DNA from: Eledone cirrhosa
Taxonomy: Eukaryota
Assembly: GCA_964016885.1 (NCBI GenBank)
Contig: OZ024742.1
Coordinates: 181,040,001 to 181,104,000 of the forward strand
Reading direction: 5' to 3'
DNA: 64,000 nt
Part shown: piece after piece, positions 1 to 13,184 of the stretch
Layout: each line of letters begins with the position of its first letter
Numbering within the stretch: the stretch's first letter is position 1
Notes under the pieces: model-generated
What the model saw: only the letters and a program-made list of their open reading frames with translations
What the model was told of the DNA's origin: nothing
Databases searched by the model: none
Translations under genes and position numbers: made by a program

Positions 1-520
1 AGTCTCCTGCCAGTTAGTTTTGCCCATAAAATCTGTCTAGCAATTCTTTCTTGAGACATTCTAACCATATTTCCATAGTATTGGAGCTCTGATCCCTCCG
101 GCTGGAGAAGTAACATCTCTACCTGGAGCAACACTCTCATCTCTGAGCTACACACTCTATTGAGTAACATTACTCCAAGACCCTTTAGTGGAACCCCATC
201 TTGGCAGCTCACATTCTTTCAGTCATTACCCAAGATTCATGAGAATAGGCAAAGGTTGGCATTAATACCGAATTACATGCTTTCTTGACAGGATGAATGT
301 CATGCTTCGCAGTACTGATTTTCATTCCTGCTGTGCAGTACTCAGCAGCAAGCCCATCAAGTGAATGTCGAAGATCATCTTCTGACAATTTAAGTAGTAC
401 TATGTCATCCGCAAACTCAAGCCAACTGATCCTACACCTGCCAGTCTCGATACCCTTTCCAAACCGGCTATGTGTGTCAATCCCTCCAATACTGCATGAA
501 CTGACAATGGGCCTGTGACC
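1..520 (-). mobile_element. Decayed RTE-type LINE reverse transcriptase fragment
   Basis: Minus-strand translation LEFADDIVLL...GMKISTAK...MPTFAYSHESWVMTERM shows RT motif C and the thumb region. Related fragments lie at 9225-9445 and 44585-45200. Confidence 0.8.
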
Positions 521-770
521 AGTCCTGGGAGAAATGGGATGAAAACACAAAGACTACATATTCCGAGACCCCAGAGAGGGACCAAAAGGAAGCAAACCTT
601 GACATACATGCACATGCACACATATACCAACGCACATACATGCACATGCATATACAAATATGCACATACATGCAGATACACACACATATACCAACATGCA
701 CATACACACACGTATAACAACATGCACATTCACACACATATACCAATATGTACATACACACACACACTTC

Positions 771-1240
771 TGTCAGGAGTTGCAAATGACGGGTAGCATC
801 AGCAATGGAAAGACCAATGAAAATATTGTTTCATTGGTTCAATCTAATGATTGACTCATTTCCTTTCTTTTGTCAGGAGTTACAACTGGCAGATAGTATC
901 AGCAATGGAAAGAACAATGAAAACATTATTCCATTCAACAATTGGCTCTTTTCCTTTATTATTCTAGGATTTGAGATGAGTAGATATTATCAGCAATAGA
1001 AATACCAATAGTAATATTATTCGATTTGACAATTCATACTTTTCCTTTATTAGGCCAGGAGTTGTGATAAATAGATAGTATCAGCAATGGAAAAACCAAA
1101 TGAAACAGTGTTTCCTTGGTACAATCTAACAATTGGTTGCTTTATTACACCAGGATTTGTAACTGGCATACAGTATCAGCAATAGAAAAACCAGTGGAAA
1201 AATCATTTCCTTGGTCCTACCTGACAGTTGATTCCTTTCA
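771..1240. repeat. Diverged tandem repeat, about 5 copies of a ~95-100 bp unit
   Basis: The motif caggagttg...gatagtatcagcaatggaaa...caatgaaa recurs near 771, 871, 965, 1055 and 1150. Confidence 0.75.
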
Positions 1241-1430
1241 TTTGCAAGAAAAATCTGATTTTCTTCTCAAACATTATGTTATGGTGACATCATTCCAAAG
1301 GTCAATTTTGAATGTGAAATATTGTACAGACTTCTTTCTAGCATGAAAATATTTGAAGTGAAAATTTAGAAACATATGAATGATTAACTTTTGTCGTTAG
1401 ATAAGAAATGCAATGAATATATGAATAAAT

Positions 1431-1442
1431 TATATATATATA

Positions 1443-1515
<73 letters not shown>

Positions 1516-1516
1516 C

Positions 1517-1588
<72 letters not shown>

Positions 1589-1590
1589 TT
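1431..1590. repeat. (TA)n microsatellite, representative of many in the window
   Basis: Direct reading. Other long tracts: 11853-12040, 13049-13185, 16483-16800, 18322-18738, 21650-21897, 25068-25112, 25503-25556, 43982-44030. Confidence 0.98.
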
Positions 1591-3534
1591 ATATGCATAT
1601 TTATGTGTGTTCACATGGATATATACATGTATGTATGCATATTAACATATTTAGTTTTATTTTGAAAGAGTATTTCAGCTAAAATATATAAAGATATAAA
1701 AAGTATATGACATTAAAACTCACCCCCACATACACACCACACACATACACATGCAAGCACTTATACACATGCACACATAATTACACACCAACACAAGCCA
1801 AGACTTACACACACATATACTAACATGGTTATACACACACAAACACCAATACATGCATGCATGCACATACACACATTCACACATTACATGAAGAGGACTT
1901 CAAGTCTTATATAGATTCTCTATATCATTTGCTGATGAGCAGCTGAAATGTGAAACACTCCCATTTAAATACCTTCTATAATTTACATTGAAATACATAT
2001 ATGTCTTACAAAATACCCATTCTTTCCCTTTCCTTTCATAAATGATTCAACTCCCCTTCCCTGAATGTATTTTCAGCTTTCATCTAATATTTTTCTTTCA
2101 TGTCCATTTCCCGTTTTTGATTGTTTTCACACACAACATAGTAATTCCTTTCATATTTATTTTTCCGATTTCTTTGTCACAATTTTACAGATCACTTTCA
2201 TTTTTATTTTGATACTTATTCTTGCTTTGGTTTTTCTTTCCTTTAATTTAATTGTATCTTTTTCTGTAGTTCTGTGGTGTTTTTATTTTTTCAATTCTAA
2301 TTTTAAATAACATGTCATTGCGATTATGCTAAAAGAGATTTCATTCAGTGCTATTAAGTAGAATCATTTCTTTCTGCCATATCAATATTATTAAGAATTG
2401 CCTGCAATCTTTCTCAATTGCATCTGACAGTGAAGAAGTAAAAGAAATTTTTTAAACGATGTGCAAGTTAGATATGTTGAAGCTTACCACACAAGAAGGA
2501 ACTCATTATATTTCAACACCATCACCACTACCATTAATACATACACCGGTAACACTACCACAATGATACTCTGCCTAACTTTAATGGTGAGCCGATTTTC
2601 TTAGAATAGTCATCTCCAGTCTTCAATTTCAAGAAGATACATGAAATAATACACTAAAAGTTTTAAATATCAAGAGAAGAAATATTAAAAAAACACAAAA
2701 AAATTGCAGTAAATAATAAATATATATAATATAAAATAAATATAAATAAGAAAATAAATGAATAATATATAAGGAAATAAATAAGAAAATAAATAAGAGA
2801 ATAAATACATAAGAAATTAAATAAATATATATATTTAAAAAAATAAAGATAGTATTAACATTTAAATAGTTGAATGATTAATTCTACAATAAATTAGAAA
2901 TTTCATAAAGCTGCAAGGTTTTTCTTGTAGATATTGGAGAAAAATTTGGCTATAATGAATGCAATTGTGTGATATATAAATCTTTTGTTGTTGCTGTTGT
3001 TATTGTTGTTGTTGATTTTTATTCTCCATCATTGGAAAAATGTTAGATAAAAGAAATAAAACAAAGTGAAATAAAAAAAAATGAATTAAACATATTTTGC
3101 ATAAAAAGAAGAAATAAAATATGAAAATGTTGCTAGCAGCAAATTTCTAACCATTTTATTTTAACATATTGGAATGAGAAAGAAAATATGAAACTATAAA
3201 AACTACAATCATGGAGACACTATAAACATCAAAGGTATTATCATAATTATTCATAAAAAAATTTTTAATGAAATATTTGAAAATTTATAAATTTTTTAAT
3301 TCTTTAATTCTTTTACTTGTTTTCAGTCATGAGAGTGTGGCCATATCGGGGCACTGTTTGGAAGGGATTTAGTCAATCATCTGGAATCCAGTACATACTT
3401 TTTCAAGTCCGGTCCTTATTTTATTGAACTCTTTTGTGTTGAACTGCTAAGTTATGAGACATAAACACAGACATAGATACATACACGAGCATAGACACAA
3501 ACACACGTACATATATGCATATATATATATATAT

Positions 3535-3800
3535 CATCATCATCATCATCATCGTTTGACATCCATCTTCCATGCTAGCATAGGTGAACAGGCTGTCCTT
3601 TTGTGAGGGATCAGGTCGGGGGACCGTGATTCTCTCACTCAGAACTGATTTGGCTTGGTTTCTATGGCTGGATGCCCTTCCTAACACCAACCACATTTAC
3701 ACTGTGTGCTGGTTGCTTTTTTCCATTACACCTACATGACCACTTTACAGTGTGGACTGGGTGCTCGCTTTTGTCATGACACCTACATGACCACTATAGT
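3535..3800 (-). mobile_element. RTE 3'-tail-derived element (LINE end or SINE tail)
   Basis: (CAT)n tail followed by ggctggatgcccttcctaacaccaaccacatttacac, shared with the RTE 3' UTRs in this window. Confidence 0.7.
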
Positions 3801-5749
3801 GGGCTGGGCTCTTTTCTGTATATATATATATATATACAACAGTATTTTCTATATATACAACAGTATTTTGCAGTCTATCAAATTGCATTGAAAAGGTATT
3901 TTTAAACCTAAGCCTATGAGGTGATGTATAGTGAGACTGAACCCAGAGCTTCATGGTTGTGAAACAAATTTCTTAACCACACTGCCATTCTTGCAACTAT
4001 ATATATGTATTTTTAATTATTTATTTATTTATTTTAAATAGAATTCTGAATTACATTAAAATTTCTGAAAAACAAATAAGAAATCTATAAATACAACAGA
4101 TAAATCAATAAATAGAAATATAATAAATCCTCTACAGCTGCTGAGATGGGCTTTCATTATGAAGATAATTTGGTTAAGTAATTCAACGAGTTGAAGAAAG
4201 ATAGACTTTTGGAATTTAGTTATCATTCTTATTGTGATTCAGGTTGGCTATGTTTTAGTATTTCTGGGTGTGGGCATGTGATAGTGTTGTTGTTATTATT
4301 GTTATTGCTGCTGCTATTGTTGTAGCAAGCCCGTTAATCCATTTCTATGCATATTGTTTTAGACAATCAGAAATGTTAGTACAGTCCAATAATGATAAAT
4401 TCATTGTTGGACAGAAGTATTCAAAGATGAAAGTATTTTTCTTAAAAAGGATTCAAATAAAAGGAAAGAAACAAAAAGGTGGTGTGTAGAGAGAAAAATA
4501 ATTAATAAAGGAGAATGGGAGGGAGGGAAAAATTCTGCAACACTGGCTTGGTGGTATAACTCAACTGACAAGATGGTGAAAGCATTGCTACTGAAAACAG
4601 CTAGCAATACCTACTGGATTAAACATTCCACCCCAGAAGACTTCTTCCTGAACAATAGGTTGGCCTAGGACAAGTCAAATAAACTAGAAATGGGTATGGC
4701 AAGTATTTTCCGCCTGTTATTTCAGTAGTGAAAATATTTCCTTTGTTTGGTCTTCCTGATACATATTAAAATGTTTACTCGTTTTGAAATAAAACATGTT
4801 TGCTAGCCTACGAAGTTGTTGATTTTAGGTAAATCTTGCATGATTGACACATATATTCCATATTTTGTGTAGAAATAGTGGTGGTTAAGACACTTGCCTC
4901 TGAACAAGACAATCTATCTATGTATCTTTAACCCTTTCATTACCAAATTTCTAGTAAGACACTGCTATGATTTTCATATCATTTTGAAAATATTCCAGTG
5001 TGTGGAGGGGTCTAACTTTCTCATTATTAAGTTGCTATTGGAACAAAAAAGATTCTTACATAACCTTATGATAAATATAAGCCCTCTAACATAAGCATCT
5101 GTGGTGGTTTCAGGTGGCTTTGTATTAAAAGGGTTTAAATAACCAACTATTTTTTGTGAATCAGGTGGTATAATATCACCATTGCATAATTCTTCAAAAC
5201 CTCTATGACAACTTGGTAAAACAACCACACATTTTAATAAAATGCAGGTTATATTGAAAAAAATTGAAAAAACATCATTTATTTGTGGTGTGAAAAACTT
5301 CATTGTAAGCTTTAATCATCTTCTATAATCTGTTGTTGGTTCAAACTTTTATAAGCTTGTGTAGACATTTTAACCTTTTCATTACCATATTTTCAATAAA
5401 AATACTGTCTATGGATTTTAATCAATTTTGAAGATAATTCAGATTTTAGAGGAATTTTATAATATAATTTTCTCACTATTAAGCTATTGTTTGGAGCATA
5501 ACTTAACAAAGGTTCTTACATAAAATTATAATGGAATGTTTTTAGATAAATATAAACACTTTAATATTAACTGTTTTCTATCTTTAAAAGATATTAGTTT
5601 CAGGGGATTTTGTATAAAAACTGTTAGAATATGATGCTTCAATTTTTCAAATTGGAGTAAAAAAAAATCTGTATGTTAGTAGCTAACTGAAAGAGATGTT
5701 GCATTCATATGAGAAATCATAAAAACCTACATGTTATGTGTGAGTGAGT

Positions 5750-5990
5750 ACAATCAGTGACATTATATTGAGTAACTCAAGTAAGTACAATCAGTGACAT
5801 ATTGACTCTAGTGAGTAAAGTCTGTGTCATTATAGTGAGTGGCTCCATACAATCAGTGTTATTTTAGTGAGTCACTCCAGTATAGCTAGTAATATGATAG
5901 TGAGTGACCCGAGTACAATTGGTGACATTAAAGTGAATCACTCAAGTACATACTCTCAGTGACATAGTGAGTCACTCACTTCAGTAGGAT
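5750..5990. repeat. Degenerate minisatellite, ~30-35 bp unit
   Basis: Repeated tacaatcagtgacattatagtgagt-like units. Confidence 0.7.
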
Positions 5991-6139
5991 CACACTTCCG
6001 CTGCAATGTAAAGACATATTAATATGACTGAGCCCCTTCATAGTATGTTGTTTGATGTCATTGCTGTCTTTGGCTAAGCAACAAATAGATAACTTCCAAG
6101 CATGGATTGCATGAAAACAAAAATAAGAAATATAAAATT

Positions 6140-6263
6140 TAATCCTTTCATTACCATATTTCTAATAAAAGACACTGCCTATGATTTTTCACATTATTTA
6201 TCAAAACTATTTGATAATCACATGCAGTGTCTTTCATTAAAAACATGATAATGAAAGGGTTAA
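6140..6263. mobile_element. Small MITE with TTAA ends (piggyBac-like family)
   Basis: ttaatcctttcattac ... gataatgaaagggttaa inverted termini. Related copies lie near 4927-5138, 5370-5625 and 47370-47580. Confidence 0.55.
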
Positions 6264-8399
6264 AAAGCTTATAAAAAATTATGTTTATATGAACAGAGAA
6301 TTTAAGTTTTTATGGTTGTTTTGTGTGTATTATCTCAATTAGCTTCAGTGAAAATGTTAATCAGTTAATTGTCTGTCAAAGAATTTGCAAATTTGTGAAT
6401 TATTAGTTATTAAATTGCAATCAGTAGATTTCTTCAGGTGAATCCTCCACATAAATTGCTGTGTCGAATGTTTGAATTAAAACAAACAGAAAATGTGGGA
6501 ATTTTTCAGCTGGTATACTGCTAAATTAACCATCTTAGTGCTATGAGAACTTTGTAAACGGAATTATATACTTTTCACAAGGGACTATAACAGGCATGGG
6601 CAACCTTTTGTTTGAGCAGTGGATCACATAGAGAGTGGCTCATCAAAAGGGAGGCAATTTTGAAATTAGGCATGTTATTCAGAGAGCCAAATGGGCAGCA
6701 TGAGGCTCACAGGCCACAGTTTGTCCTATACTAGAACATTTTATTATTGACAAGGGATCAGATGGTTTTGCTGCAATTTGGGTAACAAGAGAGGTCTTAG
6801 ACTGTTACAATTCATAAAGATATCCTTTGCTTTCCTAATGATTACCTTCTAGTTGGGAAAGTGGCAAACACTTCTTAGGGATATTTGACTTCCTCCATGC
6901 CAAGTTCTGTAAATAGTGCTGCTACAGGGATACCACATCAGGATCTTGGGGTCCTGGGTAGTGGTTTTGTAAATGGTGTTCAGGGACATACATAGTATAA
7001 TGATATTGATCATCTGTTTTAGGTTTTTTCTTATTAGTTTGGGTAGGGAAAGGAGAATGCTCATACATCCTTTACAGGGTTTATGAAACTAGTAATAATA
7101 TTCCTTTTGAACAGCTGGAGACTGGTGTCAACAGGATAAATATGGCCAGAAGAAACATTCCAGAAGGGAGAGGAGGAGGTTAGTATAGGGCCTGTTGGGA
7201 TGCATACTATATGGGGATGAGAGTAGAAAAAAATAAATGAATCAAGAATGCTTGAGTGAATGTGACAATGCTAGCCATCTGAGGTGATAACAAAAGACCA
7301 CAGTCATCATCATCGTCATTGTTTAATGTCTATCTTCCATGCTAGTATGTTTTGCTAGTAGTGGTAGAAAATGTTGGGAGAGGAGACAGAATGTCTATAG
7401 GTTAAAGGTTAGTGTGTATTAGTCAATCAGTTAGGTAGCCTTTTGAGAGATACAATTTTGAATATCAGTGAGTGTAGAAGCAACAGTATGAACTTATATG
7501 GTAGTATCAATTTTGATATCAGTTATCAATTGTGGCTCTTGGCTAAGCTTTGTAGAAGATTAATAGCTCTTGGGAAGTGAAGAGGAAGGCCAGTGTTGTT
7601 GAGATCTTTATTGTGATGACAATGTGTTTTGTTATCTTGAAGTATGTCTGAGATAAACTACACTTAATGTAAACACTTATCGTTTAACTAGCTGAAGTAC
7701 TACATAGATTTGGAAATGGTACACACTCCCACTACATCAAAAATACCACCACACGAAAATAAATCATCATCATACCAGCAATCACCACCCAATAATACTA
7801 CTACTAGTGCTACTACTAATAAGAAATCATCAGTATACGGGTTTTATGATTAATCCCTATAAAAATTGTGTTTGTTTTAAGCGAGGAAGTGAGGGCCTCT
7901 ATGTGGTTGCTTGACCTGCTGGAGGGGGCAGTCAAATTTCTTTCAGGTCACATCACAGCATCCTGAATTGAAAAAGGACTCTTTTGTCAACAGCTTTGGG
8001 CCCCAGTTTGGTGTCAATCCTGTACTAACCAGGGTCGGGTTCCAGGGGGAAATGTGTGTCGGGATTGAGTGAACGAACTTTTGATTTGACATTTTGTTCA
8101 TGATCACGTGTGACATGTGTCTTGTGAACACATCACATACATGTCTTTTCCTCCACAGTCTCTGACACTTCTCGGAATTCTCTAGATTTAGCATCTTTCA
8201 GCTTCAACTTAGCACTTTTGTCGAATTTGCCGTTTTGAATGCATCCACACATGCACACATGCACACAGCATCCATTCGTTTTGGTGCATCTCAGGGGCTA
8301 CAGGGCTCCCTTTTCAATGTTCGACTTCCTCTCGCCTTTGTCTTTGTTACTCACTGTTCTAAATTTTTTTTTTTCTTCAATGTTATCAAACTTGTTGCT

Positions 8400-9080
8400 T
8401 TGGGTCCCGGGACACACACAATATTCATCTCAACATCACACCTGCACTCACCCCCACAAACACAGTTTACAATCCTCTGTTCTAGCTCACTCCCAACCTC
8501 CTATTCCGTGTGGTCCAGGCATCTCTTCTCCTTACCCATTCGACGGAAGATTTAATCTCCCGCACCCCTGAACACAATGCCTGCCTCCCCTCAACCTTCA
8601 ACCCCACAGGAGGTTGATCAGTGTCACTCATGCGCTATGTGCAACAGATGCAAGTGAGGAAGAAACTGCTCCAACTGCAACAGCTACTTTCACTTTCTCT
8701 TGCATCAAACTCACAAGACACGCGTCAGATTCCTTGCACCGGTGGCACTGCCTGTCATGCCTAGTCATCCCGACACCACAGGTGGTCACAATTGCCCAAC
8801 CCAATGGGTAACTAAACCAGCTTCACTGAGATGAGTGTCTGGTGGCGAACTCCCGCCTCGGGCAGTCACGGAAAGTCATCACCAGGATTCCCAGGTCAGC
8901 CCGCGCTCCCGTGGTTGAAGCGCTAATGACTTCAATCAATCGAGCACTTGACTCAGATAATCCACGGGACTGGACCAGACTATTCAGTTTTGCTCCACTC
9001 ATACTCAGGATCCCGTTAGAGGGGAACCCGATAGCGAGAGACAGATCTGGACACTCCCTGGTTTCGAGGGTAAAATCCTC
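8400..9080 (+). mobile_element. CRE-clade-like non-LTR retrotransposon N-terminal fragment
   Basis: VITRIPRSARAPVVEALMTSINRALDSDNPRDWTRLFSFAPLILRIP resembles the RIP..AR...W..L..F....L..P block that precedes the RT in CRE-like elements. Recognised from memory, not by search. Confidence 0.5.
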
Positions 9081-9224
9081 AAAAGCTCCTTCCAGCGGGT
9101 CCTGTCACATGCAACTATCTTCAACTGATCCGACTGGATCCTCAAGCAATATCAGCCAAGATTATGGATGCTTGGGTTCTAGCTCTGGGTCTCCTGCCCG
9201 GTTGGTTTGGCCTGTAAAATCTGT

Positions 9225-9445
9225 CCAGCGAATCTTTCCTGAGATATACATTCCCATAGTATCAGAGCTCTACCTAGAGTGACTCTCTGATCTCTGAGCT
9301 ACACATTCTATTGAGTAACATTACACCAAAGACCCTCTGGAGGAACCCAATTTTGGGCGCTTGTATTAGCAATTGTATTCTTTCGGTCAATACCCAAGAT
9401 TCATGGCACAAATACCGAACTGAAGTTAGCAAGTTTGGCTTTTAC
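9225..9445 (-). mobile_element. RTE-type LINE fragment, same family as 1-520
   Basis: ctctgagctacacattctattgagtaacattac...ggaaccc...tacccaagattcatgg matches 140-245. Confidence 0.75.
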
Positions 9446-9481
9446 ACCTACAAATGTTCACATTGCAAATATAAACACACG

Positions 9482-9518
<37 letters not shown>

Positions 9519-9937
9519 TGATTTATTTGTGCATACATATATATATATTTAACATCTGTTTTTTCATGCTGCCATGAGTTGAACATATATATGCATGTGT
9601 GTGTGTATATGTGTGTGCATGTGTGTGTAATATTGTTTTTGACATGTTTTCAAATATCAATGAGTAAAAATATTTGTAATAAGCTGTAACATGCTGTGAG
9701 TACTAAAACTGGGTATGGTGAACATTATAATATACTTTTATATGAAACAATTTTATAATGTTTAATGTACAAAAAATAGAAAAGTTCCATATGTTTAGAT
9801 AATAAAACATTATATTTATAGATAAAAAAGTGCAAAAAGCTCTTTAAATGCAGGAGAAATCAATATATATATATATATAAACTAAGACTTTTTGTACATC
9901 TGTTTGTTGTCTCTTTGAATATACACATATATATATG

Positions 9938-9968
<31 letters not shown>

Positions 9969-10136
9969 ATATATATATACATATATATACATATATATGT
10001 ATATATTTATTTATTTATTTATTTATTATGTAATAAACAACATAAGATAATTATTTCATTTACTAGTGGTTTCTTTTGCATGTGGATGTATGTGGATGTG
10101 TGTGTATATGTATGTATGTTTGTGTGTATATATATA

Positions 10137-10169
<33 letters not shown>

Positions 10170-10807
10170 GTATGCATATATATATGTATATGTACGTATA
10201 TTTATTTTATATATAAATACACATATGTGTGTGTGTTTGTATGTGTGTATAGATATATATGCATGTATATGTGTATATATGTATATATATGTGTATATAT
10301 ATATGTATATGCATATCGTGTGTATTTGTTTATTTTTAAGTTGTTTTTATTTATCCCCCCTGCCACACACACTCACACCTTTCGTTGTCAACACATCCCC
10401 TTTTTGACTTTATTTTGTTTTTGATTTTGACTTTTACTTTCTTATACATATATATATATATATATTTTGTATTTTTTGTTCTTATTTATTTATTTAGATT
10501 CTAAACTACTTCCCGTATTTGTGTGTACATTTTTGAGTGCATATATATCTGTGTATGTGTATCTATTTATGTTCCAGTCCGTATTTCTATTTAGACGCAA
10601 ATACGCTTATGTGAGAAAGTATACGTCTATGTACTATTAAATATATGCACGTAGTTGCGTGTGTGTATGTTTATGTTCTGGATATTTATTTTTTTATATA
10701 TATATTTTTTCCCCTATTTTCTTTTTGCCTGTTTTTTTCAGCCTCACTTTCATATTTCCTAAATTTTGTTTTCAAATCCATACTTAATAAAAACACCATG
10801 TTATTTA

Positions 10808-10868
10808 TTCATTCTGACGACTGAAGACAGACACAACATCTGCCTTCAAGAAACCTCTGGTAAATGAA
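10808..10868 (+). ncRNA. Type I hammerhead ribozyme
   Basis: Stem I TTCATT/AATGAA; core CTGACGA; stem II TGAAG-a-CAGA/TCTG-c-CTTCA; GAAA; stem III ACC-tct-GGT; cleavage triplet GUA (after 10862). Confidence 0.85.
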
Positions 10869-10986
10869 ATAATTATCTTATGTTGTTTATTAAGTAACTA
10901 ATAAGCTCTGTAGTCTACATAGAGCACACTTTTTTCCTGTACCTTTCCGACGGAAATACTTCATTTATATATGTATATATATATAT

Positions 10987-11852
10987 ATCATCATCATCAT
11001 CATCATCATCAACGTTTAACGTCCGTGTTCCACGCTTGCATGGGTTTGGACGGGGGTTTTCCCACTTGAGGCAAGAGTGATTGTCTTGCTCGCATAGGAC
11101 TGTCTGGCGGGTTTTCTACAGCTGGATGCCCTTCCTAACACCAATCACATTTACAGTGTGGGTCTGGGAGGTTTTTACCGTGTTGCCTACACGGCCACAT
11201 TACAGCGTGGACTGTGTGTTTTTTTTTGTCGTGACACCTACACAATCTCATTTGTTTCGGCCTGGATGTTGTGGCACCAACATAACTTTACATTGAAAGG
11301 GGCGGTGTGGATGGGGTGGGGTGGTGGGACGGGGTGTATTTTGTTAGAGATGCCTACTGACTGTAGTAGGTTTTACTTTGTATTTAGGTAACGCGGGTCT
11401 TCTCTATTACTGAGTACCGCCAAAGGTCTCGGTCCAGTGACATTGTCTTAGAGAGGTGTAAGTGTGTGAGGTTGGAATTTATCAGCTCGTCCCAGGTTTT
11501 TCTGGGTCTGCCTACTCCGTAGCTACCGTCTATCTTTATTGCCCTGCACTTTGTTATCCAGCTGTCTTCTTTCATGCGCATCACGTGACCATACCAACGT
11601 AGCCTTCTCTCAAGTAAACAACATCTGATCCCTCTTATTTCTAATTTTTTCCGTAGTTCGCTTATGCTTTGCCGTTCACGTATGTTACTATTACACATCC
11701 AGCGGAGCATGCAAGCTTCGTTCCTCTCTGGTCTGCGTATATCCTCTGCACACAATGCCCAGGTCTCACTGCCATGCAACATTGCTGTTCGTATGCAGGC
11801 ATCATACAACCTGCCTTTCCTTTTTAGGGAGAACCCTTTAGTGGCTAATAGT

Positions 11853-11853
<1 letters not shown>
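10987..11853 (-). mobile_element. Young 5'-truncated RTE LINE (RT C-terminus, 3' UTR, (GAT)n tail)
   Basis: [20 protein letters not shown]...[12 protein letters not shown]...GRPRKTW. Highly similar to the copies at 16801 and 21897. Confidence 0.92.
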
Positions 11854-11892
<39 letters not shown>

Positions 11893-12176
11893 ATATATAT
11901 ATATACAATATATATATATATACAATATATATATATATATATACATATATATACAATATATATATATATACAATATATATATATATATATACGATATATA
12001 TATATATATATATACACATATATATATATATATATATATTATAATTGTAGCTCTGAAATAGCAATATATATATGGATGTAAATATAATGTATTTTGCAAT
12101 ACACTTTATGCTTAATTAAAAGCATTTTGAAGACCGTAAGCTATTGTTTTAAAGTAGTGACAAATTCACTCACTTC

Positions 12177-12270
12177 GATCTCAGCAAACAGGAGGAGATA
12201 AGCCGACATGACATGTTTCGCTTTTGTTGAAGCTTATCAAGGCCAACTACCCCGCCCGTCTGCTGAGATC
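12177..12270 (-). ncRNA. Type I hammerhead ribozyme, U3-A8 core, inverted copy
   Basis: Reverse complement of 12538-12631. Confidence 0.8.
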
Positions 12271-12537
12271 AATGATGTTATATTCTTATAGAAATCTAGT
12301 AAATAATCAGGAGCTGATTATGCAGAGCGGTTGTTGGTCAGGCAGAAATTAAAAATTAGAATTGTAGCTCTTAAATAGCAATATATATATGGATGTAAAT
12401 ACATTATATTTACATCCATATATATATTGCTATTTCAGAGCTACAATTCTAATTTTTAATTTCTGCCTGACCAACAACCGCTCTGCATAATCAGCTCCTG
12501 ATTATTTACTAGATTTCTATAAGAATATAACATCATT

Positions 12538-12631
12538 GATCTCAGCAGACGGGCGGGGTAGTTGGCCTTGATAAGCTTCAACAAAAGCGAAACATGTCAT
12601 GTCGGCTTATCTCCTCCTGTTTGCTGAGATC
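12538..12631 (+). ncRNA. Type I hammerhead ribozyme, U3-A8 core, with extended stem I
   Basis: GGCC-TTGATAA-GCTT caacaa AAGC-GAA-ACAT gtc ATGT-C-GGCT; cleavage after GUC at 12603. Enclosed by GATCTCAGCAGACGG/CTGTTTGCTGAGATC. Confidence 0.82.
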
Positions 12632-12854
12632 GAAGTGAGTGAATTTGTCACTACTTTAAAACAATAGCTTACGGTCTTCAAAATACTTTTAATTAAGCAT
12701 AAAGTGTATTGCAAAATACATTATATTTACATCCATATATATATTGCCATTTCAGAGCTACAATTCTAATTTTTAATTTCTGCCTGACCAACAACCGCTC
12801 TGCATAATCAGCTCCTGATTATTTACTAGATTTCTATAAGAATATAACATCATT

Positions 12855-12945
12855 GATCTCAGCAGACGGGCGGGGTAGTTGGCCTTGATAAGCTTCAACA
12901 AAAGCGAAACATGTCATGTCGGCTTATCTCCTGTTTGCTGAGATC
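12855..12945 (+). ncRNA. Type I hammerhead ribozyme, second tandem copy
   Basis: Same core as 12538-12631; cleavage after 12920; 3-bp deletion in the outer stem. Confidence 0.82.
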
Positions 12946-13047
12946 GAAGTGAGTGAATTTGTCACTACTTTAAAACAATAGCTTACGGTCTTCAAAATGC
13001 TTTTAATTAAGCATAAAGTGTATTGCAAAATACATTATATTTACATC

Positions 13048-13140
<93 letters not shown>

Positions 13141-13184
13141 ATATATATATATATATACAATATATATATATATATATATACAAT

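Larger units (their letters stand above)
12041..13048. mobile_element. Retrozyme-like or pseudo-LTR array: one inverted plus two tandem ~317-bp units, each with a hammerhead
   Basis: 12041-12401 is the reverse complement of the unit repeated at 12402-13048 (period 317 bp). No ORF. (TA)n on both sides. Confidence 0.85.

Noticed and set aside
1338-1645. YIYI-, HTHT- and CVCV-rich ORFs here and throughout the ORF track
   Set aside because: They are stop-free frames of (TA)n/(CA)n microsatellites, not proteins.
1928-1965. CTGATGA...GAAAcacTC hammerhead-like string
   Set aside because: No stem I pairing and only a weak 3-bp stem II.
6840-7640. Possible very old LINE endonuclease remnant on the minus strand
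   Set aside because: No intact diagnostic motif could be read.
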